Of a stretch of 64,000 nucleotides of DNA, positions 25,578 through 38,893 are shown piece by piece. This DNA is from the human T2T-CHM13v2.0 reference genome, Homo sapiens. How positions within the stretch are numbered: the first letter of the stretch is position 1; every line of letters starts with the position of its first letter. The stretch lies in assembly GCF_009914755.1 (NCBI RefSeq), contig NC_060927.1; one strand, written 5' to 3'. Made by a program: the position numbers and the translations under genes. Below the pieces are notes generated by a model, which saw only the letters and a program-made list of their open reading frames with translations, had not been told where the DNA came from and searched no databases.

Positions 25578-27399
25578 AAACCACTAAAGGAATATTTTTA
25601 AACTCAAAAGAGTGGTGGTCTATGAAGCAAACAAACTTTTAAATGCTATAAAGTAAAGGAATCAAGAAAGAGGGCAAAGCAGGAACACTACTGTTTTGAC
25701 ATTCTAATTATAAATACATTAGACTTGGTGCAAAAAATCATCAAACCATCAGTCTTGGCGATGGTTAAGTTAATTCACTTTTTGAAGTTCAATAATTCAT
25801 CTATGAAGTGTCAGCAGCTGGGTGTTGTTAATGGTAAGCCTTTCATTCCTGTTAAATCAATTGTAAATAATAGAACCCCTCAGAGAAAAATGATGAAATA
25901 AGCATTGATTTTCAAATTGGGTGTCAGATACAGAGCATTAATAAAACACATTGCAAGCAAACAAGTACCTAACAAACTCTGATTACTGAAATAGTAATCA
26001 GAGGGAAAAAGTCAATGATTCTTGCGTAAGTTGCTAGTATTTTAATACTTCATTTATATCTATGTATCATATCAAATTTCTCATTTTAGGCTCTATGTGG
26101 TTATTTAATTTTCATTATTCTTACCAGCAAAACCAGGTTGTTTTGGGTATTGTTACATTTGTTTCTCCCATCTAAATAGGTAACAAGCATCTCGTCATAT
26201 ACTTTCTTGGTTTCCTGACACCAACGATTTTGTTGTGTTTAATGCAATACAATAATCATTTACAGCAAGCCACATAAAACACTGCAAAAAATGTAACAGC
26301 TCCAATAAAACTTTTAAGGAAAATAAAGCTCTATAGCAGGTGTCCATAAAAGTGCTTTATGCCCACAGACTCTATTAAATGTTAATGCCAGTGTCCTGTG
26401 AATACCACATATGGGGTCTACTGAAATGAAAATGTCTGTGAAACTGTTGATTCTCCAGTAAAGGAGGTTGGAAGGGCAATGTCATATTATCTATTACACT
26501 GAAATATGAAAGCCATTAGAGAACCTACTTATTGTGCATTTTATGAAGGGCTAGTTTAAGGGAAAGTACATGAGTTCTTTTTTCAAGCCATGCATGCAAC
26601 AGGGGTGGAAATACTGAGGGCACAGTTTTCCAGAGAACATCTCCAAACTTCTCAAAGTTGCATAGCACAGATTTTTTTCCCCAAGGATTATCTCTAGAGA
26701 TAAAATAGCAGTGGCATAGTAATGGTAGATTTTGGCTGGATTTTTAAAAATCTATTTTAGTGCTTTTGCCTCAAACTTCATTACCAATTGCATTGTTTCT
26801 TAGTTCATAGGATTTTTCTTATTATTTCTAGATTTCTTTGTGAAAGCTCTTTGACGTTATTGAGATAATGTTTTAACAGTTATCAAATGGTTAAATACCA
26901 TTGAGTGGAATCTCATGTTTTTGTCCTCGATAACATCTAATTAACTCTTTGTGTAGGAGCTCTATTTGAAAAGTAGATGAGATACAGAGGATCACTGCAA
27001 AAATAGAAACTATTACAAGAAAGAAAATATAACCTGAATACAAGATGTGATGTGACTGTCAAATGTAAAGCAACATATTTACAGAGAATAGGGACATGGG
27101 GCCATACTTCTTTTCCCCACACTCTCATAGATAACAACTGCGTATTCAAAAAAGAAAAGGCAGGATGGTGGCAGAACGTAATGACTCCAGGCGAAGAATA
27201 TTAGAAGGACCTTGACGATTTTAGCCTGGGATTCAGCTTGTCTACCAGCTGGCCAGAATCTGTTATGTTAGAATTACTACATAATTTATTTTCCAAGTAG
27301 AGGAAGCTTTGGGAATAAAAGAGAGTGACATTAATGATTAGCTTGGGGCAAGCAAAGAGGAGTTCGACTCCTGGCCTTAAATGTTCAAGTAGGATCAAG

Positions 27400-27635
27400 T
27401 ATGAGAGAGAGAGATTGAGTTGCAGTATAAGGGAGGGATTTGTAAGGAACCTTTAAGTGGCTGAAATGGGATGCCTTTGGGAATTTGGTAATTTCCAGTT
27501 TGTCAATGGAATTGCTGAAATGGAGATTGTGAGGCCTTTTGACAAGAATGTTCTGGTGGGGATTTGAGCATCAGAATTATGATTGAACAAAATGAGTTTT
27601 AATGTTGCTGTAAACCTTGAGAATCTGTGGTTCTG
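27400..27635 (+). mobile_element. L3/CR1 3' fragment
   Basis: aatgggatgcct...ggggattt..cat...ccttgagaatctgtggttct resembles the CR1 3' terminus. Confidence 0.5.
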
Positions 27636-28589
27636 AATATTAAATGGAGAATTTTCATGGAGAGCTGTAAATATTAAATCAAGTTGTTTTAAGATGTGTT
27701 CATAGAATTCTAGAATGAGTGCCGTCTAGCATAGCTATAGTGTAGCTCTAAATCACTAACGTCAAAATGAACCTACATTTTTATGAAGAATACCTGGGAA
27801 GAAATTTCAGAATCCTAATTTTGAGTAGCAGTGTCCAGTGTTAAGATTCCTCAGCTAGGGTTAGAATTGGGTAAGACAGAAAACTAGAGTACAGATTGGA
27901 GACTTTGGGACATGAAGAAAATTCTCTTTAAAGCAGGGTCTGCAGTCCCATTTAATGCTCTTCTGCTGGACATTTGGGAAACCAGATGATGTTTCAAATA
28001 GGCCAGCTGAAATCTTTTACAGTGAAGTTGTATCATATGTGCCTTTAAGCAACTTAAACTATATGCACATAAAGTAGTGTTATAAAACATTGCTCTATAT
28101 TTCTGTTATATGCCACCTACTCATATATTATACTGTACTTTATAGAGTGATTTAGGGGACTTTCAAGGGTAATCTTGCCTTCATGATTTTACCCTAATTT
28201 GCTAACTGAGAGCTCAGCCCATATACTAGGGTTCTTCTGACTTTATTTACAGCTTCCTTTTTCCATATCAGCTCAAGCCCCTAGGTCTCTGTAGAATATT
28301 CCCTGCTAACCATAGCTAAGGCTGGAAAACACTATTTTCGCCTCTTAGGCATTTCTTTTCTGTGAGGCAAATTTTGACATTGAAATATACCTGGCTTTAT
28401 AGTTGCTTTGTAGCTTGGATATGTCTGGCCTCTCTAAATAGACTACACACCCCTTGATGCAGGGGCTGATTCACTCATTTCTTTGGAGTCCCTGACAGTG
28501 TGAGGCACCCACAGATGGTTGTTCAGTTGAGCTGGCTCACCTAATCCTTAATTGAAAAGAGGACCGTTATTGGAAAGGAAGTTTCATGA

Positions 28590-28916
<327 letters not shown>

Positions 28917-30414
28917 TGTAGATGAAACTTGATACTCCTAGGGCAACTTGATCCTACATAGAAAAGCTAATGATACCTGTAAAGGCAGTAATGTAAAAGA
29001 GAAATTCTGTTTGTTGGATTCATTTTAGGTTGCTTTCCTATATTAAGCTTTTAGGGTCCACAATGTATAGACCATGTGTCTACAAAACGTTTTGAATTGT
29101 TTCTAAATATCCTCTTTCCCGTTGGGAGTTTTGCATACAAACTTTTAATAAAACATTGTATTAATAGTTTGAAAAGTATTTCTCAGATAAGAACCATAGA
29201 CTTACATTTCTCATTTCTGCTTTTTTGAATTAATGCCATAGAGGCATGAAAATCAGTATATTCTGAATGCCTGAAGATTCAGCTTTCATAAGTAAGGGCC
29301 ATCAATTACAAAATAGTCTATTCATAATAGGATTGCAAAGGATTTAAAGTCACATTTCTTCTGTTAACTAGTATGCAGGAGGAAAGATGATGTATGAAGA
29401 AAACTTTCAAGGCGGCGGGGTGGAGAGACAAAAGGATACTTTGATTACAATAGAAAATAATTTTCTATAAGCTATCCTCTCAATGAAAGATTTATATCTG
29501 TAACATATTGGAAGGTAAATTTTGGCTGAGGCCGATTTATTACAGCATGTCTCATAGTATATTAACTCTGAAGAATGCTTCATAAATGTGCCTGCTGAGG
29601 CTGGCTTCTCTGTCTCAATGCTCCTTGAGAGTTACAGTATTGAGTGTACCTTCTTTGAAGCTTTGATCTATTTTATGATAGAATGTTATGGTTATGCTTA
29701 TAATATGTATTAAATGGCTAGCAAATACTTAACTAAGAGACATAGCAGCAATTGAACAATAGTTTTTACACTTACTGTAATGAAAGAATAGCTGTAGGCC
29801 AGCTTCTAGAATAATCTAACAACTCTCACAGCTCCTCCTGCCAGAAGTGATGCACAATATTATGGTTGACTCTACACTGTGACTTCTCAAGTCTTAAATT
29901 ATCTTTTTCCTTTCAGTATTTGCCTTTCAGTATTTACCTCTGCCTCTTGTCACTTGGGAGGAAGGCACTACTGACTTGCAGCAGCTCTGTCAGGTTTTGG
30001 GTTTTGCCAGCAGTGGTTTACTGTGATGTCAGCACTCTTGGCATGTAATGGGAAGAAGCTGATGGCCTTGAGGGAGAGGTGGTGTGGTGGGATTGAGGCA
30101 GCATAACTCCAGTGGGATTTTTCTGGATCTTGGCCCTGTGTGCTGTGTGACTAGCTGGTCTATCAGCAACATGTGAGTGCCCATGGCCTACATGCATATG
30201 TTGGATACTGTTATTATATGACTCTTGGTGATTCATGAGTAATGATTAAAGTACTATGAGTCCTCATTTTTGAGGGATAAAAAAACCTACACTTGCTACA
30301 CAGAAGTACTGAAATAGCCAGATACAGCCCTTTTCACATATCCTGAAACCCAAAGATGGGCTGTTCTACATGGAATATCAAATTATTTTATAAAGCATAA
30401 TAACTATAACACAA

Positions 30415-30680
30415 ATAATGATAATAGCAAACACTTGCATAGTCCTTGGTGTGTGCTAAGCAAATGTTTTATATATATTGATTTGTTAAAAACTCATAAC
30501 CCTATGAGAATTGAGATCAGAAAAGTTGTTACGTGGGTATTAATGGTAGGAGCCGGGATTTGAACCTAGCCAGTTACAGCTTTTATTCTTTTTTTATTTT
30601 TATTTTTTTATTATACTTTAAGTTCTAGGGTACATGTGCACAACTGATGAGTTATAGCTTTTATTCTTAATGATCATGCA
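30415..30680 (-). mobile_element. MIR (interrupted by mini-L1)
   Basis: aataatgataatagc..gtgctaagc..aaccctatgag..ggagccgggatttgaacc. Confidence 0.7.
30591..30649 (-). mobile_element. Ultra-short L1PA 3' terminus insertion
   Basis: T-rich tail plus attatactttaagttctagggtacatgtgcacaac. 19-bp TSD agttaYagcttttattctt. Confidence 0.9.
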
Positions 30681-31854
30681 TAGAAGTTAAAAGCTAAGAC
30701 CCTATAATCAGCCAAAGTTGGGTTTAAATGCTAGTAATGTGATATTTAACACCCAAGCTTTTTTAAAAAAAAATCTGTAAAACGACAGTAAAAAATTTAA
30801 CTGTATAATGTTGTTTTTGGGAATTGTGATGTCCCTAGCATAATGTTAGCTTAGTATTTATAATGATGGAAAATAAAGGCTGTGCATTGATGGATATAAA
30901 TATGTCTGCTATATATTTTGTACATTATGGGCACACAGGAAAGGATTGTGGAAAGAAGTGAGAGGTGCCCATATTCTTGTTGTAGAATATGTGGTTCAGT
31001 CTTCTCCATAGGGTTACTGGAGCAGGGCTGTGCAAAGAGATTTTGCCTCAGGCCTCTGCTTCAACTGACTGCATTTTTAGCAAGTTCACTTTACTTTATA
31101 ACTGACAGTCCTGGATCTTATTTAACTGGAAAACAGTAACTGTCAGACTAATTTCCTTTTGATGATAATGTGAATTTCCTTCTTTAATTGGATAATAGAA
31201 TGATTGGGAATTTTGCAAATAGAAGATGGGACGTTCTGCTGAGGGCAGGAAGTGAGAGCAATGCACTGTCCCCTGTGAGGACTCACTACATATGGATCCA
31301 GCCCACCAAATGGGTGGATTCATCAAAATCTGCAGAAATGCCATCTCTTTTCCTTTGTTTTGACTTCCTTTGCTTTTGCTGCTGATGGGAGTGCTATCAT
31401 CACAAACCATAATTATCACCTTTTGCAGTAGTTTTGCTTTCCTTGACTAAGTCATCCTGGGGCAGCTTATTTTCATTAATAAGAGAGTTAACCTTATGGC
31501 TTTAAGTCTGGGTTTTCCATTAGTGAGCCAAAGCAGGAGAGAAAATCTTGACTTCTCAAAAAATGATGTGTTTGCAACCTCCAGTTACTGCAGTGTTTAC
31601 GTTTTTTATTACCTTTATATTTGTAAAAAGGAAGAACATCATCTCAGAAAATAGCAAGGCAAACCATAATTTTATTTCCAAAGAAATTTTTACATTGATG
31701 AAATTATATGGTACACATCTTTGCCAATTTTGGTGCTCGTGGAATCTTCATAACAAACATTTGCTTGGAAAAATTTTTGTTTTTAATTTCTATTATTTGA
31801 GTGGTATGTCTTTCTTCCCACCCACCTCCAACAAATGTATTGAATCACCTCTTA

Positions 31855-31856
<2 letters not shown>

Positions 31857-31900
<44 letters not shown>
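31857..31900 (+). repeat. (GT)22 microsatellite
   Basis: Pure dinucleotide run. Confidence 0.98.
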
Positions 31901-31902
<2 letters not shown>

Positions 31903-32657
31903 ATTTAAAGGTATCTGCAGTAAGGGCACAAATTCTAATTTTTAAAGTATGTGAGTATGTGTTCTTGTTTGTTTATACTTTGAAATGTGGTCCAAGATAT
32001 AAAAGGAGTCTGGAAACAAAAGTTTCATATTTATTAAGAGCTGTTGAGAATTTTGGCAGACCATTCTAAGAAGTTACCTTCAGGATAAGAGCAGGCATGA
32101 AAAAAAAAAAAAAAGAAAAAGACTCAAAAGTTTCTTGGATAGCCCTGAAAGAAAAACCTTAATAATGAATGTTGTATGGCACATTCATTATTCTAATGCG
32201 ATCAGCAGTATATGCAGTAATTACATGTATAGCAGCTCTTCATTACCAGATAAAAATATTGAAGAATTAGGGTAGCCTAAGTGTGACTTAGGCTTACTAC
32301 TATTTGTCTTAACACAGAAGTGCTCTTTTCAGTCCTAGACTTTATCAAGTTCCTAGCCTCTAAAAGCACGAGTCTTTAAAAGTTGCCTTGCTGGTGCTGT
32401 CTGTAGTGGTTCAATAAGAATTGAAATGACTCACTCTCCTCTCTTCCCAGTTGGTGCTAAGCCTCAACCTGTGTGTATTTCTAACTTGTAGAGTCCCTGG
32501 CCATGGAAGGTGTTGAAGTTCTTTAGACTTTTCTCTCTGTTACTTATAGGAGGGATTCCAGAAATTGAAGAACCACATTCACATTGACCATATCTCAGGC
32601 TTTCTGAGAGTTTGGACTTATTTCACGAGCGGCACCGTGAAGACGTATGACTTTGTA

Positions 32658-32800
32658 GGTCAGGCATGGTGGTTCATACCTGTAATCCTAACAAGTTGAG
32701 AGGCCAAGGCAGGAGGAATGCTTGAGTCTGGGAGTTGGAAATCAGCCTGGGGAGGGTAGAAAGATCCCATCTCTTGGTGGGGGGCAACTACCCCTCAAAA
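32658..32800 (+). mobile_element. FLAM Alu monomer
   Basis: ggtcaggcatggtggttcatacctgtaatcc...cccatctct. TSD atgactttgt (32647-32656 / 32804-32813). Confidence 0.8.
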
Positions 32801-33024
32801 GAAATGACTTTGTCATGTTTTCAATTGACTATAACCTTGACATATGGGTCACCATAGGATGTGAAGAAACCTGGCTGAATAGACATATGGAATGGTACAA
32901 GTAATATCTGGCCTTATACAAACCCTTGAATATAGAGGTCTCTGTTCTGTTCTTTCCTGGACAAAGAGTTTTTTGGGTGGGTTCTTCCTACATGCCTCGG
33001 CAATATTGCATGATATGTGAATGA

Positions 33025-33155
33025 GGGCTCTGGAGTAATAAAAAAAAATGCGGTTTGAGTTTGGGTCCATTTACCAGCTGTGTGATCTTGGGCAAATTAC
33101 TTTGTTAAGGCTTTCTTTCTTCTCCTGCAAAATGGGGATAATTAGAGGTATTATT
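33025..33155 (+). mobile_element. MIR fragment
   Basis: tttaccagctgtgtgatcttgggcaaattactt...ctgcaaaatggggataat. Confidence 0.75.
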
Positions 33156-33534
33156 GGATAGACACCCATTAGCAGCCTAGTAAGCCATGGTGCAGCATTT
33201 GTGAAGAAAGTAGCACCAAGGATAACATACATGTGGAAAAGCTCAGTGCGTTTCAGTCTGTCTGGAAAGTTGTGAACAACGCAGCCCATAGCATTTGATT
33301 TTAAACAAATGAAATCCCAAATGTAAAAAGTAATCCTACCAAGAACTATAAATTTTAGTTTTTGATAATATCTCATGACGTTTTGCCTTTGACGTTCCTT
33401 TCTACATATATTCCTATTTTCATTTAGATTATCTTCCAAACTAGGCTATGAGTCTTTCATGCTAGAGGTAGTATATGCTCTACCCAACTAATAGCAGGGG
33501 TTCTAGCACCTAGCATGTCTACATTGGAAGCTTG

Positions 33535-33735
33535 TCTGTTCTGCTTACTAAGAAGCCTCGGGAAAGTTACTTGGCTTCCTTGTGCTTCAGTTTTCCAACA
33601 TCTCCGAAATGGGAAGAATCATAGCCCCCACTAGGTTAGTAGTGAGTACTATGAGAAACTCACATCTGAAGTGCTATTAAGTGCTTTCTGTGCATTTCTC
33701 AGCATATAGTAAACATTCAGCAAATGTTACCTGTT
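33535..33735 (+). mobile_element. MIR fragment
   Basis: aagttactt..gtgcttcagttttcc..catctccgaaatggga...cagcatatagtaaacattcagcaaatgtta. Confidence 0.7.
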
Positions 33736-35716
33736 GCTTACCCACCCCCATCTCTATAAATATATAGTTAATATTTAATATTCATTTGCCTTTTCATCAT
33801 AACTTTTTTGTGGCTAAATAAAATATTAGCACTGATAGTGTGGAGTGTGTGGGGGGAATCAGCCAAACATGAACAGATGCAGGGGACATTGAAGAACAAG
33901 ACCAACTATTTTATGGCCTGTCAGAAATCGGGAGGTCAAGGAGAACAAAGTGGTTAAACATCCTAGAGTAGATACGTTGAGAAAGAGTTGCAGTATGAGG
34001 CTTCTACCTTGTTTACATTAAAGGACCTGGGGCGGCCATCTTCAGGCTGCCTAGAGCCCGGGGCATACCATAGGGTTCAACTTTCCTAAGCCCCCCTTGA
34101 TTCTGGAGCTGCACCCACAGAAGTAGATGGGGGACAGTGGTTGAGAATTTACCAAAGGAGATGGTTGGCATGTGAGACTAGAGGACTGCAGAGAATACGG
34201 GTCCCGTGCCCACCCACAGCCCAGTTAGACTTGTGAGGGAATAACCTATGGGGAGACAGATGATGGGTTAAGCCATCCCTGCATATCAGCAGGGAGTGTT
34301 GCAGGGCCAAAAGTAGCCAGATGAAGGAGGACATGTTTCTCAAGGACCCCGACTCATCCACCCAGGGAAGTAGAAAGGCCATTTTCTAATTCACTTGAAT
34401 GCCCTCTTAGAAAAAAAAAAAAAAGGGATGTAGGTGGCATTCCCTCTCTGCTCGACCTGGTACACTTTTAGGGAGAGAATGGGCTGGAGGTAGGAGGCTT
34501 AGGGCTATCTGAGAGATGGTACATTATAATCCAAGGAAGCTGAATCTATCACTAAAGACTGGGTAAAGCTTAGTCCAGTTGATGGTATAAACTGCTCAGT
34601 TGTTTGCACCAAGCAGATAGAACTTATGAAGGTGGCCAGATTAAGACAAAATAAATATGTTCCCTGCATTTTCAACTTAGCACTGCATTAAATTTTGCAA
34701 CCTCAATCAATAGTTAAGATATGAGGCTTTTGCAAATTTGTCTGTGAGCATTTTATAAAGAGAATGGCCAAAACATATTCATTTCTTTCTCAAAGGAATC
34801 AGTGACCCTGACTCCTGGAATGCAAGAACTCTGGAATTATGATTCTAGCAGATTTATGAAGGAATCCTAAAAGTATTTTAACTGAGAATGTAATTCTTTG
34901 TGTAAGAGTCAGTCATTACCACTGCATTTGTTCCAGCATGTATGTATGTGTAACATATACTATTACAAGAAATGCGGGAGACATACCCCTCAAACATCTT
35001 AAATTCAGTTGATGACCTAACATAATATAGGTATAGATGTTAGTGATCTAAAGCAATGAGTAGTTAACCTGCCTGCCATTGGGCTATCACTGTGCTATGA
35101 TGTTGTAAGTGGTCTCTTGGCAATTGCTTTTCATTCAGGGTAGTATTCTCTGAATCTTCACAGTGACCACATTTGGAGTAGCTGACTCAAGAGAATTCTG
35201 TGTGTTTCCTGTACCAGACATGTATAATACTAGGGTGATGTTTAGTTATCAGGGGCTAAAATCCCTTTGATATTTTGCCCAAAGGATCCTTTAAATGAAC
35301 TCTAGTAATGGTGGGACACCTGCTAATTGACAATTTTACGATGGTTTCCCATCAATAGAATGGAATTAATTTGCACCTAAACCATGTTGGGAGATTGTGT
35401 TACCAATTCAATGTCTTGATCTTGACAAACACTGTCATAATAGTCCCTGGGAGACATTTTAAGATGGACCATATTTATATTTGGTTACATGGGTTTATTA
35501 AGTAAACATCTCAAAATTGAGGAATAAAATAAACATTTAAAATGAACTGTTTAATATTCATTTAAATGCTTGAAGACATTGACAGCTTTAATTTTTTTTT
35601 GCCACCTACTCTGTGCATCGTGCTTTGGGACACAGAGATTAATAAGATGTGGCTCTTCACTGCAAACAGCTCACGCTGATGACATAAAAATGCCTGTATA
35701 TGTAATACTGATTTAA

Positions 35717-36012
35717 TTTTTTTCATTAAAGACAGGGTCTTGCTTTGTTGTCTAGGCTGGAGTGCAGTAGATCATAGCTCACTGCAACCTCATACTCCAG
35801 GGCACAAGTGATCCTCCTGTCTCTACCTCCTGAGTAGCTAGAAGTACAGATGTGCAACAGCATGCCTCACTGATTTTTTTTTTTTTTTAATTTTGTAGAG
35901 ATGGGGTCTCACTATGTTGCCTAGGTAGGTCTCAGACTTCTGGACTCAAGCAATCCTCCTACCTTAGTCTCCCAAAGTACTGGGATTACAGGCGTGAGCC
36001 ACCGTGCCCAGC
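35717..36012 (-). mobile_element. AluJ
   Basis: gacagggtcttgct..gatcatagctcactgca...gtagagatggggtctcactatgttgcc...gtgagccaccgtgcccagc. Confidence 0.93.
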
Positions 36013-36294
36013 TGTAAAATTGTTTTTATGGATGTAATCATGTGCATTTTCTAGGAGGAATGTTTGTAACACTTTCACTTGCTTTTCAGATAAAGCCAGT
36101 GACTACAAAAGCTCAAAACAATTATACTTTCAGTGTACCTAATACAAGCCTGTGCTTTTATTATATTTGAAATATTTGTTGAACAAACAAATGAACAAAT
36201 AACTGAACAGAAAGAGATGGCAGAATCCTATTCAAATGATTAGAAATTATTTCCTATACATTTTTAGTCTTTGAGAATCTTTATGTGTGAATTG

Positions 36295-36832
36295 TTTTAT
36301 TTTTTATAATTTCGACTTTTCTCACAGATTAAAGGATACATGTGCATGTTTACCTGGGTATATTGCATGATGCTGAGGTTTGGGGTACAAATGATCCTAT
36401 CACCCAGGTAGTGAGCATAGTACCTGATAGGCGATCTTTCAGCACACTGTGCCGCCCCCGCCCCCGCCCTGCCTCTCTCTACCATCTGGTGGCCCCATCT
36501 TTGTGTCTGTGTATTCACTGTTTAGCTCCCACTTACAAGTGAGAACATGCAATATTTAGTTTTCTGTTCCTATGTTACTTCACTTAGGATAATGACCTCC
36601 AGCTTCATCCATATTGCTACAAAGGACATGATTTTATTCTTCTTTATGGCTGCATAATATTCCATAGTGGATATGTGCCATATTTTCTTTATCTAGTCCA
36701 CTGTTGTTGGGTACTGAGGTTTATTCCATGTCTTTGCTATTGTGAACAGTGTTGCAACAAACATGTGAGTGCATGTGTCTTTTTTGTGTAATGATTTATT
36801 CTTTTGAATATATACTCAGGAATGGGAATGCT
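36295..36832 (-). mobile_element. L1PA15/16-like 3' end
   Basis: gggtatattgcatgatgctgaggtttggggtac..tcacccaggtagtgagcatagtacc...tttagctcccactta.aagtgagaacatg. Confidence 0.88.
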
Positions 36833-37524
36833 TTTGGAATAATAATTATTCAGAAAGTTCTGTGACTTAGCCAGTTTACTCTTGGCTAGCGATGACAAAA
36901 CAATACCAATATAAATAATTCAGTTACTTAGCATATTGCTGGAGTAACCATAATATATCAATTATGTGTTTAGGGGTCAGAGAAACAGAAATGAAGAAGA
37001 TGTAGTACTTGCCCTCATGGAGACCATTATCCAATGTGAGCAAAATAATGTGGTAGAAGCTATAGGGGAGGTCTGAGCTAAATATATGGGTTAAAAGGAG
37101 AGTCAGATGAGTTTTGTCAAAAGAAGTAATATTTGAATTGAGTTGAAGAACATATGTGGAAAAACCTTTGCTTTAGCCAGGGAGATGTACTTAATTTATT
37201 CAATAGATTTACTAAGTTATATAGGATAGAAATGATTGATATAAGACTTAATCTGTTTTATGGCATTTAGGAAAGTAAAGTTGCCTATTGATTACCAGGT
37301 GATATGCTAAGTTTTCACAAGAATCATTTGGTCAGCCATTTAAATGATATAATCTCTATTTCTTCAAATGAAGAAACTGAAGCTCAGAATTCCATGGATT
37401 GTCTAATATCACACAGTTAATTCATTAAATAGGTAGACTAAAAATAGATTTGGTCAATATATTTAGTTTACAGCCAGGTTCCAGTTAGATTTGATATTAC
37501 TTTTATTAATCCCTAGCTCTGAAT

Positions 37525-37673
37525 TAGTGACTCTCAATTTTGTTGTACATCAGAATCACCTGGAAAGTGGGTTAAAACACAGACTACTTGGTCCTACCTC
37601 CAGAGTTTCTGCTTCAGAAGGACTGGGATGAAGCCCTAGAGTTTGGGTTCACAAGCCACACATTGAACAACTG
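37525..37673. mobile_element. MER5A, internally deleted
   Basis: catcagaatcacctgga..gttaaaacacaga...ccagagtttctg.ttcag. Confidence 0.7.
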
Positions 37674-37807
37674 TTCTAGATTAAAGCTTATTTATCAAGG
37701 TGTAGTTGTTTAAAATGCACTCAGGGAATTAATGCAAAATTTACGCTTTTTTTTTTCTTTCTATATGCTAATTATCTTTCTCACTTGCTCCTTACAATTG
37801 GGTCTTT

Positions 37808-37850
37808 TTTTTTATTTCCTTGAGAAGGAGTCTCGCTCTTTCACCCAGGC
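37808..37850 (-). mobile_element. Ultra-short Alu 3' terminus insertion
   Basis: T-rich tail plus tgagaaggagtctcgctctttcacccaggc. TSD tgggtcttt (37799-37807 / 37851-37859). Confidence 0.8.
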
Positions 37851-37869
37851 TGGGTCTTTAAAAAGAGAC

Positions 37870-38893
<1,024 letters not shown>

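Noticed and set aside
31548-32069. Longest ORF (173 aa)
   Set aside because: Kept open by the (GT)22 repeat (VCVCVC), F/K/I-rich composition typical of AT-rich DNA, no recognisable domain
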